A stretch of 64,000 nt of DNA from Candidatus Krumholzibacteriota bacterium (lineage in GTDB: Bacteria; Krumholzibacteriota; Krumholzibacteriia; JAJRXK01). The position numbers and the translations under genes are program-made. The stretch's first letter is position 1, and each line of letters begins with the position of its first letter. Below are positions 49,994 through 60,634 of this stretch, piece by piece. The notes beneath the pieces were generated by a model, which did no database searches, was not told the DNA's origin, and saw nothing but the letters and a program-made list of their open reading frames with translations. The stretch is from NCBI GenBank assembly GCA_963764625.1, contig CAVXTH010000001.1:128001-192000 (forward strand). Direction: 5' to 3'.

Positions 49994-50768
49994 TCAGAGT
50001 CTCAAATCGTCGTGCGCCTCCACTTGCTCGGGAAAAATTCCGTCGCCAGTAGTACACGGCCGCGTAGAAAAACGGTGTATCGCACAGCGCCATCATGACC
50101 TTGAAGACCCATCCGCTCACGATCATCTGCGGGATGCGACCCTGAATGTCCGTTCCCAAGAAGAGCAGGCTTACCACCAGGGTGGTGTCCACCAGCTGAC
50201 TGGTGATGGTGGAGAAGTTGTTGCGGATCCACAGGTGTTTGCCCTTGGTGAGACGACGCCAATAGTGAAAGAGTTGAATGTCAATCAGTTGCGCCACCAG
50301 ATAGGCGACCATGCTCGCGGCTACCGCCCGGCTGGTCCGGCCGAAGATTTGATGGAAATAGGTGTCGAGTTTCTCGGCCGGGAGCTCCTTCCCCGTCACC
50401 GCGTCCGCGCCGCTCAAAGTGCGCAGGGTCGAATGAAACAATCCATCATCGCCAGCGCGAATCCTGTCCGCGAGCACTACCACGATCACTACGAAGACGC
50501 TAGCGGCCAACCCGGCCACCACCACCTGATTGGCTCTCTTCTTCCCGTAGCATTCGCTGAGGATGTCGGTGACCAGAAAGGTGATGGGATAGGGAATGAT
50601 CCCCGCCGATAGGTAGAAGAAATTCTTCAGCCCGAAGGGTTCCCAGACGAAAAATTTCTGCACGATGAGATTGCAGACCACCAACGACGCAATGAACACC
50701 GCGCCCAGGTACACGTAGCCCTGCTCATAGCGTTCTTCGGTCGAATTCAGTCCGGGACGCGCGCTCAC
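49994..50768 (-). CDS. Queuosine precursor transporter (YhhQ/VUT family); probable indel near the 3' end
   Basis: YPITFLVTDILSECYG, ASMVAYLVAQLIDIQLF, HLWIRNNFSTITSQLVDT, K...A.CDTPF.Y. Removing one T from the T5 run at ~50035 gives NFPEQVEAHDDLRL* ending at 49994 and removes the overlap with the regulator gene. Confidence 0.88.
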
Positions 50769-50810
50769 GAGACAGGCCTTCCCGTGAGCGCGCCGAGAAA
50801 TCGCTTGGAA

Positions 50811-52486
50811 TCACTCCCCGCCACTTGAGCCCACCGCGTACACGGGATCCACGTCGACCGGGATTGCGTTCAGCTTGTCCAGCACCGACTGCATGGCCGG
50901 CGTGATTCTCATGTACTTGTCGTGGAAGCGCTGCGCTCCGTCGTAGTCGCCCAAGGCCTGGATCATGAGCAGATCGTGGGCGAGATCGCGAACCCCCGCC
51001 CGGAAATAGTCGGGGACCGGCCGGAAATGTCCGTCGTCGGTGACCTCGACCGCTCCGTGTTCGATGAGGTAGTTGAGCTGCATCGCCACCGCCTGACCGT
51101 GCGCGGAGCCCACCCCGAAGCGCACCGCGCGGAAGAACCCGCCACCACGGTCCAGGGCAGATCGACGACGAGCTGAGAATCGAGCACGCTCTTGTCCGAC
51201 AGCGCGTAGAGATTGTAGATCCCCACCACGTCGGCCTTGGCCTCCTCGAAAGCCGAATACAGGTCCTTCAGTTCCAGCCGTACTTCGGTCTTGCGGCCGT
51301 CGATCTCGATTTGACCGGGACCCAGCCCGTGGGCCAATTCGTGGAACAGAATGAAATGGAAGTAGGAGTCGAAATCGAGGTGCTCGCGCTCGTTCGGTGG
51401 CAAGACGATTCCCGCAATCGGGGTGAGAACCGCGTCATACTTGGCCTTGATGATGTTCTTCAGAAGCACCTTCTTGCTGCCCTTGGCCTCGCGCACGCGC
51501 TCGTCGTTGGGAAGGTTGAAGGCGAGAGTCTGAACCCCGGCGCGCGCGTCGCCCGCGGTGAAGATTTCGTCCGCTACCCGAATGGGCGAATCGCTTCCCC
51601 GGTCGAAGTTCTTGTGCTCATCTGGAATGGGCAGATTGCGTTCGAGGAACGGCAGCTCTCCCTTGAATTTGTCGAGCGCCTCGCTGTCCTGGGGATTCAC
51701 CACGCAAAGGAAGGACTCGAACGAGGCCTTGTATCCGAAGAGTCCGTCTTCGTAGGTCTCGTACGGGCCGATCACGACTTCCAGCGCGCCGGCCAGGTCC
51801 ATCCAGTCCATGTCACTCTGGAAATAGTCGTCGTCCTGGAAGGCCTTGGCGCGGCTCCGTAGAAACTTGGCGAGCGTCGGATCGTTGGTGAGATCGGCCG
51901 CAAGAATCAATTCGCGCGCCGCCGCCGCCAATTGATCGGCGTAGGCCTTGCTGTAGGGAACTGCCACCAGGTCCTTGTCGTGCCTCTCGATGAGCGTGGT
52001 GAGGCTCCGGAAAGATTTCGCGTCTTGCGGGTGCGCCTTCAGCCAGGCCCCGAAGTCCTCTTTACTCATGTCCTCCGGATAGAATCCGGCGCCTTCGGGG
52101 TGGACGATCCCGTTGACGAAGGGCTCGAAGTCCTTGAGCCGATCCCAGGGGCCGCGGTTGATGCGGTAGTAGTCTTTGAATTCGGTGGCATGAGGACCGT
52201 CGTAGGCGTCCACCTGCTTCTTGAATTCGGGGTTCTTGCGCCAGACCTGAAGATCGAAAATGGAATCGATGTGCTGAGAAGCCTTGACCAGATGATCGAC
52301 GGCCGCGCGATCGCCGGCCGAAAGATGAGTCAGATCGGCCCCCAGCTGGAGCTGAACGAATTGGGCGCGGCGAACCGCGATGTCATCGACGACTTGCAAG
52401 GGTTTTTCCTTCTGCTTCGAACACGCGACCCAAGTCAAACCGAGGCTAAAGAGAAGAAAGGCAAAAAGCGCGCGACGCACGAACAT
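50811..52486 (-). CDS. Peptidase M49 (dipeptidyl-peptidase III) family lipoprotein, HEXXH type (frameshift ~51135)
   Basis: Lipobox-like WVAC, GPWDRL, IGPYETYED.LFGYKASFE, AFNLPNDERV, HELAHGLGP, EEAKAD; second frame RFGVGSAHG. Confidence 0.9.
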
Positions 52487-52588
52487 TGGGGGCCTCCGAA
52501 CTCTCCGCGGGTATTTCCGTGCGAGAAGGGGCAATGATGAACGCATCGGCTTTGCTTGGCAAGCCAAAGCCTTCTCACCGTATTCGAG

Positions 52589-53425
52589 CTATCCGGGCCC
52601 GGAGTAGCTTCCTGCGAGAATGGCCGCTACGAGGAGCGCATCGACGATGAGATGGACGAGAAGTACGTACAGGAGGTTCTCCGACTCCTCGAACATCATG
52701 CCCTGGGTCCACGCAAAGAAATAGACGATCCAGAGTCCGCTTCCGGTGAACGCCATGTCGTAGAGAACACAGGTGTAGAGGACCGCTTGCGCCGCGTTGG
52801 CGGTCTTGAATCCAAACAAGCTGCGCAGGATCGCGTACGAAGTGTTCACGAAGAACAGCTCGTCCCAGATCCCCACCGCGTTGACGCCCACGATGAGCCG
52901 CAGCGTCTGCTCCGGGTCTTTGACCTGGGGAAGAGGCCAGTGATTCGGCATGAAGGGATCGACCAACCAGTAGAACTTCAGAAGGAAGTAGGCGAGAGGA
53001 ACCGAGAGAACGACGTAGAGGATGTCGATCCAGCGGAATCGCCTCGGCCACAGTGCGAAGCGAATCACTCCCGGATCGGTCCGGCGCAAGAGGAGAGCCG
53101 GCACCACCACCACCGCCGCGAACGGCAGCCCCACCTGCAGGAAATTCCGGTTGTCGAGTCCGGTGTTGATGTCACAGATAGTGAGCACGAGGATACAGCC
53201 CAGCAGCACGCCCATCCTCCGCCGCAACGACGGCTCCTCGTCGCTCAAAAGCAGACTACCGGTGGCCAAGAGAGCGAGCCCGCCCCACAGATAGTTCTGC
53301 ACCGCGATGCACAGGATGATCGACGCCGCGAAGGATACGAGCAGTGCAACGCGCCGCCGGTTCAGCGTCAGCGGAGACGAAGGCGAGTACGGGGCAAGCG
53401 AAGGGTCCATTTCCCCATGATTCAC
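52589..53425 (-). CDS. CPBP (Abi/CAAX type II) intramembrane glutamic protease-like protein
   Basis: Polytopic; VGIWDELFF motif, FA..QG..F and VHLIVD motifs. Confidence 0.75.
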   Translation of the reverse strand: MNHGEMDPSLAPYSPSSPLTLNRRRVALLVSFAASIILCIAVQNYLWGGLALLATGSLLLSDEEPSLRRRMGVLLGCILVLTICDINTGLDNRNFLQVGLPFAAVVVVPALLLRRTDPGVIRFALWPRRFRWIDILYVVLSVPLAYFLLKFYWLVDPFMPNHWPLPQVKDPEQTLRLIVGVNAVGIWDELFFVNTSYAILRSLFGFKTANAAQAVLYTCVLYDMAFTGSGLWIVYFFAWTQGMMFEESENLLYVLLVHLIVDALLVAAILAGSYSGPG

Positions 53426-53520
53426 GCTCTTGGGGCTACTTTCAAGCCACGAGCGCCGAAGCGGAGCACAGCCTCCACTTGTCCCTTGCCTGTCGGACGA
53501 TCGTTCACCACATTGGCCGC

Positions 53521-54351
53521 ATGAACGCGAACCGCCCGCAGGACCCGCAGGAAGTGACTTCGCATCCCCGTCTGAAGTGGCGCGGAATGCTCATCCCGGC
53601 CGAGCACGGATCCTGGAATCTGCTGCTCGAGCCCGTCGCCCTGGGCTGTTTGGTCGCGCCCTCGCTTTCAGCAGCCTGGCTCGGCGTGTCCGCTTTAGCC
53701 CTGCTCCTGGCGCGCACTCCGCTCTTGAAGATGTTGCAGTCCCCGCGCGGAACCGCCGCGCGCCCCTTGCCCCGCGTGGCGAGGATCTGGGCTGTCGGCT
53801 GGTCGGCGGTGGCGCTGCTCGGAGTACTGATGGCGGTGGGAAGAAGCGGAGCAACCATCCTAGTTCCTCTGGCCCTCGCGCTTCCGCTCTCGGTCTATCA
53901 ACTGCGGTCGCAGAGGCGGCGGCGCGCGCGGGATCTTTCCGCCGAGCTCGCAGGCGGGCTGGCCCTCTCCACCTCGACCATGATGATCGCGCTCGCCGGC
54001 GGATTCTCCCTCGGCGCGGCAGCGGTCCTCTGGCTCTTGCCCGCGCTACGCGTCACTCTGTCCATCCTCTACATCCGCGCCCGCCTGCGCCTTGGTCGCG
54101 GGGAGGGCGTCGCGATCGACGACGTACTCGACGCGCACATGGTGGTGTTGGTGGTCCTCGTCGGATTGGCGATCGGGGGATGGGTTCCCGGTCTCGCGGC
54201 AGCCGCATTCGCCGTTCTGGGGCTTCGGGCGCTGATCGAATTGTTGCGCAAGGAGCGAGGTTCCTCGGCGCGCAGGCTCGGGCTGATCGAAGTGAGCTTG
54301 GGGATCGTCTTCGTGGTGATGACCGCGGCGGGGTTTCGGGCTGGACTCTAG
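53521..54351 (+). CDS. YwiC-like family membrane protein
   Basis: N-terminal IPAEHGSW..LLEP, ILYIRARL, C-terminal RRLGLIE; about 8 TM segments. Confidence 0.78.
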   Translation: MNANRPQDPQEVTSHPRLKWRGMLIPAEHGSWNLLLEPVALGCLVAPSLSAAWLGVSALALLLARTPLLKMLQSPRGTAARPLPRVARIWAVGWSAVALLGVLMAVGRSGATILVPLALALPLSVYQLRSQRRRRARDLSAELAGGLALSTSTMMIALAGGFSLGAAAVLWLLPALRVTLSILYIRARLRLGRGEGVAIDDVLDAHMVVLVVLVGLAIGGWVPGLAAAAFAVLGLRALIELLRKERGSSARRLGLIEVSLGIVFVVMTAAGFRAGL

Positions 54352-54376
54352 AGGCGATCCCTCTCTTCTTCTAGGC

Positions 54377-55156
54377 TCATTCTTCTTCCTTTCTCGACTC
54401 TTTGACCTGGCGCGCACTCCACAGCATCTGCCGTGCGAGACCTCGGATCATGTGCGCCTCGCGGCGGTACAGACGCGCCCGCGAGAAGATTTCCCTATAG
54501 CTTCGCATCAGAGCATCGACCGTATGGGGGTACGCGTAACCGATTTCGAGAAAGGCTCCGCGGAGATGGGCAAACAGCTCCTCCTGCTCCTTCGCTGGAC
54601 TCAAGTGATCGGGATGAGGCGCGCGGGTTTGCCTCGGCTTCAGGGCGGGCATCTTCGGGTCCTTGCGCAGGCGGGCCATCAGAAACTCATAGCCGGTCAG
54701 AAGTACCGCTTGGGCCAGATTGTAGCTGGGGTGCTCGAAGGAAGAGGGGATCCACACCAGTTCGGTGCAGTGATCCAGCTCCTCGGTCCTCAGTCCCTCC
54801 CGCTCGTTCCCGAACACGAGATGCGTGCGAACTGCTTGGGTTTCGAGCGCTTCGTCCACCCACGACTCGGTGAAATCGCGCAGCATCGAATACCCACGGC
54901 GCTGCCGCCGCCGCGCCGTGAACCCGACCACGCGCCGACCGTCGGCCACCGCTTCGCTCAGATCCGAAACCCGCGGCGCCGCCTCGAGGATGTCCTCGGC
55001 GCCATGCGCGAACATCAAGGCCTCGTTTTCGTCCTGAAAACTGGGAGCGACCAGCCGCAGGGCGCCCATTCCGGTGTTCTTCACCGCGCGCGCGGCGGCG
55101 CCCGCGTTGCCCCCGAACATGGTGCGGACGAGGACGACAGTGCAGTGTTCGAGCAT
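54377..55156 (-). CDS. TrmJ/LasT family SPOUT RNA 2'-O-methyltransferase
   Basis: VVLVRT..GGN.GAAARAVKN.G, GFTARRR, LVFGNEREGL.TEEL, IPS...PSYNLAQAV...YE. Confidence 0.88.
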   Translation of the reverse strand: MLEHCTVVLVRTMFGGNAGAAARAVKNTGMGALRLVAPSFQDENEALMFAHGAEDILEAAPRVSDLSEAVADGRRVVGFTARRRQRRGYSMLRDFTESWVDEALETQAVRTHLVFGNEREGLRTEELDHCTELVWIPSSFEHPSYNLAQAVLLTGYEFLMARLRKDPKMPALKPRQTRAPHPDHLSPAKEQEELFAHLRGAFLEIGYAYPHTVDALMRSYREIFSRARLYRREAHMIRGLARQMLWSARQVKESRKEEE

Positions 55157-55259
55157 GAAGTCTCGCTCCCTTTCGCGCGGAAATCGTCACGAAGGCCATG
55201 ATACGGCAAGCTGCTTTGCGGAGCAGGGAGAAATGTGCCCGTGCCTGTGAGGGAGGAAC

Positions 55260-56517
55260 TCAGTTGGGCTCGAAGCCCATTCCACGGACCACTTGTGAGG
55301 TGGCCATTTCGGCCCACACCATGCCCGCACTCATCTGGCGTTCGAAGCGCACGGCCCCATCGGAAAGCGTGGTACGGAGCAGAGATCCGTCGAGCGTGCC
55401 CATGAGTTTGGCTTGCGGATCGTTCGCAGTGAAGCTCGTGGTCTCGTCGAGCGCGTAGAAGGCGCCGGTCAAGGCGCTGGAGGTTCGAGTGAACTCCGGC
55501 GTGTGGCTGTGATTGTCCCACAACAGAGACCAGCTCCGCCCGCGCCGCGGCGTACACCACGACTCCCCTTCGATCGTGGCGATCAGATCCAGTGACTGCA
55601 ATTGGGTGTAGTACCAAACCGTGGGAGGAAAGTCCTCGAGTACCACTCCCGCGACGTGGGCCGTGAACTCCGGCCGCCGTAGAGGACGATCGCCGTTAGC
55701 CACCTGAATGAAGCCTTCACCGAAGCGATCCTGCAGTTCATCGATGTAGGCGACCTGCCACTCTTGCCACGCGGTGAGATCGTCTGGGTCGTCGAGAATC
55801 CCCACGCCATCGCGATCGAAATCAGCCTGCTGCGTGTCCGGATTCTCGGGACGCGGCCAGATGTACGCGTTGATGGAGACGTTGTCGTGAAAGATCCCGT
55901 CGATGGCCCCCTCAAACTCGGTGGCGTAGTGCGCAATGATGTCGACCTGCGCCAGCATGAGGGGGCGGTCGTAGTCCATGCCGCTGCGCCAGGGGTTCAC
56001 CATCGGAGCCCCCTCCCATTTGGTGGCGACCACGCCATCGGTGCGATAGGCGGTGTGAGAGGAGAGTAGATCGTACAGGTCGCGGCTCATGGGAAAACGC
56101 TCGCGGTGTTGCGCCCCGTTCCAGCCCTCGTAGTAGGCCTCGACGTCCAGGATTCCCAAGATGACGATCTGGGGATTGAGACTGCGAATGCGCGCCAAGG
56201 GAGCCTGGGCCTCCGGAGAGAGAAGGAGGCGAAGCTGGAACGCGGCCATGGAGGAGGCGGCGATGTCCTGCAGCTGTTCGTCGGTGTAGAACGAGAGATT
56301 CAGGGTTCGATCGATCCAGGCCTGCGCCGGGTAGGCGATCGCGGGCACGGGGGCGGAACTGACTTTGGGTGGCATGATGGGGGTGTAGCCGGGCCCGCCG
56401 GGCAGGAGGGGATCGAGGGGATCGCCCGAGCTCTGACACCCCGCCAAGAGCAGGGTCAAAAAGAACCCAACGAAGAGAATCCAGCGATGCCGCAGCGAAG
56501 TCGATAGCAGTTTGCAC
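55260..56517 (-). CDS. Lipoprotein, putative TIM-barrel glycoside hydrolase; start uncertain (probable indel in the first codons)
   Basis: In-frame upstream extension gives LRHRWILFVGFFLTLLLAGC (lipobox). IRSLNPQIVILG, IDGIFHDN, IQVANG and GVVLEDFP resemble GHL15/GH114-like barrels. Confidence 0.6.
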
Positions 56518-56675
56518 GAGTAGCCTCTTCATGGAATCCTGCGCGAGGCATGCCGGGACATCACGGGAAAGCATGTGCTCTCCCCAGGACACATCCATCG
56601 CGCTCCCTCATGAAGTGCAGGGGCCAGGCCAAGCGGCGCAAGGGCGGGCGGCGGGGTCGATTCTCCGAAGGAGTT

Positions 56676-57440
56676 TCAGCGCGAAGATGAGTTGGACGCG
56701 GAGGGCGGCTCCGCGCCCTGACGCAGGAGTTCGGCGATCACCATGGCCATCGCCGCCTGCAGATTATAGGAAGGAATGAACCCCTCCATGGGAAGCCGCA
56801 GAACTTCGTCCGCCCCGGCGAGTATCGCCTCGGGGACCCCTGTTTCCTCCGCCCCCACCACGAAGAGCGAGGCCGGAGAAAGAGCACATTCCCACGGAGC
56901 GCGGGTTCCGCGATCTTCCACCGCGATGATGCGCCGGCCCGCGGCTCGGGCGAGGGCACAGGCCTCTTCGCCGTCGGCCCACAGGACGGGCATGAAGCGT
57001 CCCGCATACATCGAGGCCCGCAGGGCTTTCCGTCGGGCCGGACCGTCGAATTCGGTGTCGAGTACGATGCCGGCCGCGCCGGAGACCTCGGCGCAGCGGA
57101 TGGCGTAGCCCGCGTTGCCCGGATAGGTGATTCCGCTGAGAATCCAGGCCGGATGGTGGGTTTGCGCCATCCAACTCGAAGCAGGCGCCGAAGGATCGGG
57201 ACCGAAGAGCGCGAGCATGGCGGGCTCTCCTGCGGCGTTTTGCATGCGCCTCAGATCGTTCCGGCTCGCGCCCAGGATCTTCACCCCCTCACGCCGCAAC
57301 CGGCCCAGGAGCTCTTCTGAGCGCCGGTCGCCAAGATCCCGCCGTGAGAGAACGAGCCGCAACGCGACTCCCGCGTCCAGAGCAGCCTCGATCGCGTCGC
57401 ATCCAGCATACTGACGGCGAAGGGGCGCGCGCTTCACCAC
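56676..57440 (-). CDS. TrmH/SpoU family RNA methyltransferase
   Basis: TYPGNAGYAIRCAEVSGA, RASM, VVGAEETGV, LRLPMEGFIPSYNL..A. Confidence 0.88.
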   Translation of the reverse strand: MVKRAPLRRQYAGCDAIEAALDAGVALRLVLSRRDLGDRRSEELLGRLRREGVKILGASRNDLRRMQNAAGEPAMLALFGPDPSAPASSWMAQTHHPAWILSGITYPGNAGYAIRCAEVSGAAGIVLDTEFDGPARRKALRASMYAGRFMPVLWADGEEACALARAAGRRIIAVEDRGTRAPWECALSPASLFVVGAEETGVPEAILAGADEVLRLPMEGFIPSYNLQAAMAMVIAELLRQGAEPPSASNSSSR

Positions 57441-57572
57441 GAGACCCTCGCGACATTGACGCTGGTGAAGCAGGCGATCATCGCGATGCCTCCGGGAAGG
57501 AAGAGCGCGGCCGAGGGGCGCCCTTCGCCTCGCCCGAGAGGAGAAGCCAAAGCAGGTGACCACGCCGGATGC

Positions 57573-60027
57573 TCATCTACTGGCGGGAATGCGGCGGTAG
57601 AACTCGATGCCACTTCCGACTCCACCTCCCATGCGTTCCAAGCGGGTGAAGGGGGCACCGGGCTCTTGGAGCCAGGGCCTCAGATCGGTTTCCTTCCCTT
57701 CGAGCAGGTCCCGAACCGGGGTCTGGCCGACCGCGACCACGTCGATCCTCTTCTCCTGAAGTTCCTTCAGCCACGCTTCCTCTGTGCAGGCCCGGCAGGA
57801 GACGTCTTCGACGTGGCGTATGAGCTCGCGTCCGTAGAAAGGATAGCGCAGTTGCGTCATGGCCACGCCCACCACTTCGTCTTTCGACGCTTCGAGCGTG
57901 TGGAGGTAGGGAAGGTCGTAAACCTCGCGCCGGTGGAGCTCCCGGAACTCGCGCGCGCTGTGAGTCCACAGACAGAGCAGCACTGCCACGAGGAGAAGCG
58001 AGGGCACCACGGTCGTTGGCCCCCTGCGCAGCTTCCAGGCGGCGAGTACGAACGCGGTGAAGAGGACGAGCTCGATCAGCTGCACGCGAGGAAGCGCTAC
58101 TCGCAGAGCCACCGACCACGCACACAGAACCACGCTGAGACCCACCAAGAGGGCGCGGGGCATGCGCAGAATGCGCCAGCCGACAGCCCCGAGAACCGCG
58201 GCCATGGCCAGCTTCGGCAGGGCAAAGCGCATGGCCTGTCCGGACCACAGGCTATATTTCCAGGCGTGCGTCCCGTTGTCTCCGCTGAACGGGGTGAATC
58301 CGAAGAGCAGTCCACCGGCGGCGATGGCGCAGAGGAGCAAGAGGGTGGCCGCAAGGCGACGGTCGCCACGTCGTACGCGCGTTAAGGCCGCCACCGCACC
58401 GACGAGAAGTGCGAACATTGGGATCCCGAGCCACTGGCGGGCGTTTGCGAATGCAAGAGTCCAGTCGTGCCGGGAGAAAGGCTGAAAGACGGCGAAGAGA
58501 TTGGTGCGAGCGAGATTCGTGCCGCTCAATTCACCGGGAAAGATCATGTGACCGAAGGCTCTCACCTCCAAGAGCCCGAGGGGATTTCCCAGTTCGATGA
58601 AATTCCGCAGGTACCAGAACGACGCCAGGGCGCACGCCGCCACCAGAGCTCCCCAGGTCGCAGCGCGCGATCTAGAGGACAAACTCTCTTGAGGTCTTTT
58701 GGCCATCCCGGCCGACCCTCTTCCAAATCCAAACCAGGAGGAGCACAACTAGTACGTAGGCCGGTCCCGTGGCCTTCAAGCCGCACATGATTCCCAGGGA
58801 CAGAAAGAAGAGACCGGTTTTCCTCGAGCGGCCGGTCGAGTCCAGAAAGCCGCCCAGAACCAGTGCGGCGGTGAAGAACGCGGCCAAGGGCAGGTCGGAC
58901 TTGATTTCCTCGGTCTGCATGAGCACCAGGGGCAAAGAGAGCAAGAGAAGCGCGCTCGCGGCCGCATCCACCGCCGTGGCCTGGACGCGCCGCGCCAGCG
59001 CGTACACCGAAACTCCGAGCAGTGCAAAGGCTCCGACCGCGGGGGCGCCGAAGAGAAAATCTTCCCGGAAGGGAAAGTAGCCCAGCAGACTCAGCAATTC
59101 CCAGTGCAAGGGATAATGGCTGGTCTGTCCCAACCAGGGGAGCGCCGCGATTCCCTTCCGCTGGATCCACTGCGCCATCAAGGGCAAGTGGTAGGCGAGA
59201 CCATCCCAGTCGGTCATGGGAATCAGCAGGGTCTTGGCCAAGACAGACAGAACCAAGATGAGGGCCACGCCCGCAAGGAGGAACTCCCATGAATCCGCGA
59301 CGGCGGGAACGAGCCGGAGCAGTGGGCGTTGTGCCCTCCACCAGAGGGAGAAGCCGAAGCACAAGAGCAGCGCTTGGAGAACGAAAAAGAGCTGGGGACC
59401 CAACCCGTGAAGACTCGAGAGCACGAAGGCCGACGAGAGTTGAATCGCCGTCCAGGAACAGAGGAGCGCCACCCACGACTCGGCCCAAAAGGAAGAGCGA
59501 TCGAGCAAGGCGAAGAGAAGTGGCAGCGACGCGAGCAGCCACAGCAGGGTGAGCGCCAGACCCAAGAGATGTGAACCCCAGGAGAAAACGGCCGACCTCG
59601 TTTCCCCGTCGTTCACTTCGGAAGTGTCATCACCACCGAGCATGTGGCCCTGTTTCCAGGCGATCGTATTGCTCGATCCGTCGGGACCAAAGTAGCGCCA
59701 GATGCCGTCCATCTTGCCGTTGCGGTAGTACCCTTCCTTCAGCAAGTCCCCGTTCTCGTTCCATTCCTTCCAACGCCCGCTACGTACTCCATGTCGATAC
59801 TGACCTTGAAGCTGGGCTTGGCCGCGGGGAAAGAAGGCCTCGTAAGCGCCGTCGCTTTCGATGCGGCCATCTGGATAGCGGAGCGCCTGGCTCGAGGTGC
59901 GCGTGTTTCCGTTGGGCCATCGGCTGACCTGAACCCCCTGCTTCGCGCGCAAATCGTTTCCGTAGGCGACCGCGAGGAACAGGAGTACGAGCAAGAGGAT
60001 GGACCGGACGATGGCGGAGCTTTTCAT
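57573..60027 (-). CDS. Polytopic membrane protein (GT-C/PMT-like) with N-terminal MORN-variant repeats (frameshift ~58700)
   Basis: Signal peptide; G.Y.AFFP.G...QGQYRHGVRSGRWKEWNENG...EGYYRNGKMDGIWRYFGPDG; then more than 10 TMs with DWDGLAYHLP, YP..WELL, DLP.A.F, G.K.TG; second frame WYLRNFIELGNPL and RFALP. Confidence 0.75.
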
Positions 60028-60183
60028 GGGAACTCCCGTGCTTCCTCGTGGCGCCTCATGAGTCCGCGCGGTCCCCTTGGAACCCGAGCGGCACGACGGC
60101 CCATTTTATGATAGTATTTCCTTCACCTCAAACGCACTCCCACGCCGGTCTCGGAAATCCACCGGTGGAAAGGAAAGGACGAT

Positions 60184-60633
60184 ATGCCCACAGTCGCCAT
60201 GCGCTCGAGGCCTAGGCTTTTGGCCGTGTGTCTCCCCCTCCTCGCCGTCGCCGCCATCATCGCGACACTTCCCGACGCTTCGCACATTCTAGCCTCTCTC
60301 GACGGTCGCCAGGGCGTAACCCCCTACGGCGCGGCCGCGATGCGCGCGAGTATCGATCCGGAAACGGGAATGCTCTCGGTCAATCCAACCCCTCCCGAGC
60401 CTTCCAAGATGCTCGAGACTGCTCTCAGTCGCTCGAGCGAGGGACTCGTGCGAGAGACGATGCCCAACGGTACGGTGCGCCTGAATCTCCAAGGGAGATT
60501 CATGAACGCCAGCGTCGCCCATCTCGACGCACAGGGCCACGTGCAGACTTCATGCACCGAGGACCTCGATCAAGCCGAGTGTTTCCTCGAAGGAACTTCG
60601 CCTCAGGCCAGCCGCAAAGCGGAGGTGAAGTGA
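60184..60633 (+). CDS. Small secreted protein resembling the 'post-PEP-CTERM-1' domain family
   Basis: Signal peptide; IDPETG...LSRSSEGLV....PNG....LQGRFMNASVAHLDAQG....C; stop TGA directly followed by the next ATG. Confidence 0.7.
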   Translation: MPTVAMRSRPRLLAVCLPLLAVAAIIATLPDASHILASLDGRQGVTPYGAAAMRASIDPETGMLSVNPTPPEPSKMLETALSRSSEGLVRETMPNGTVRLNLQGRFMNASVAHLDAQGHVQTSCTEDLDQAECFLEGTSPQASRKAEVK

Positions 60634-60634
60634 A

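Noticed and set aside
52589-53425. Abi-family name read as an abortive-infection defence gene
   Set aside because: CPBP/Abi proteins are membrane proteases; there is no defence-island context.
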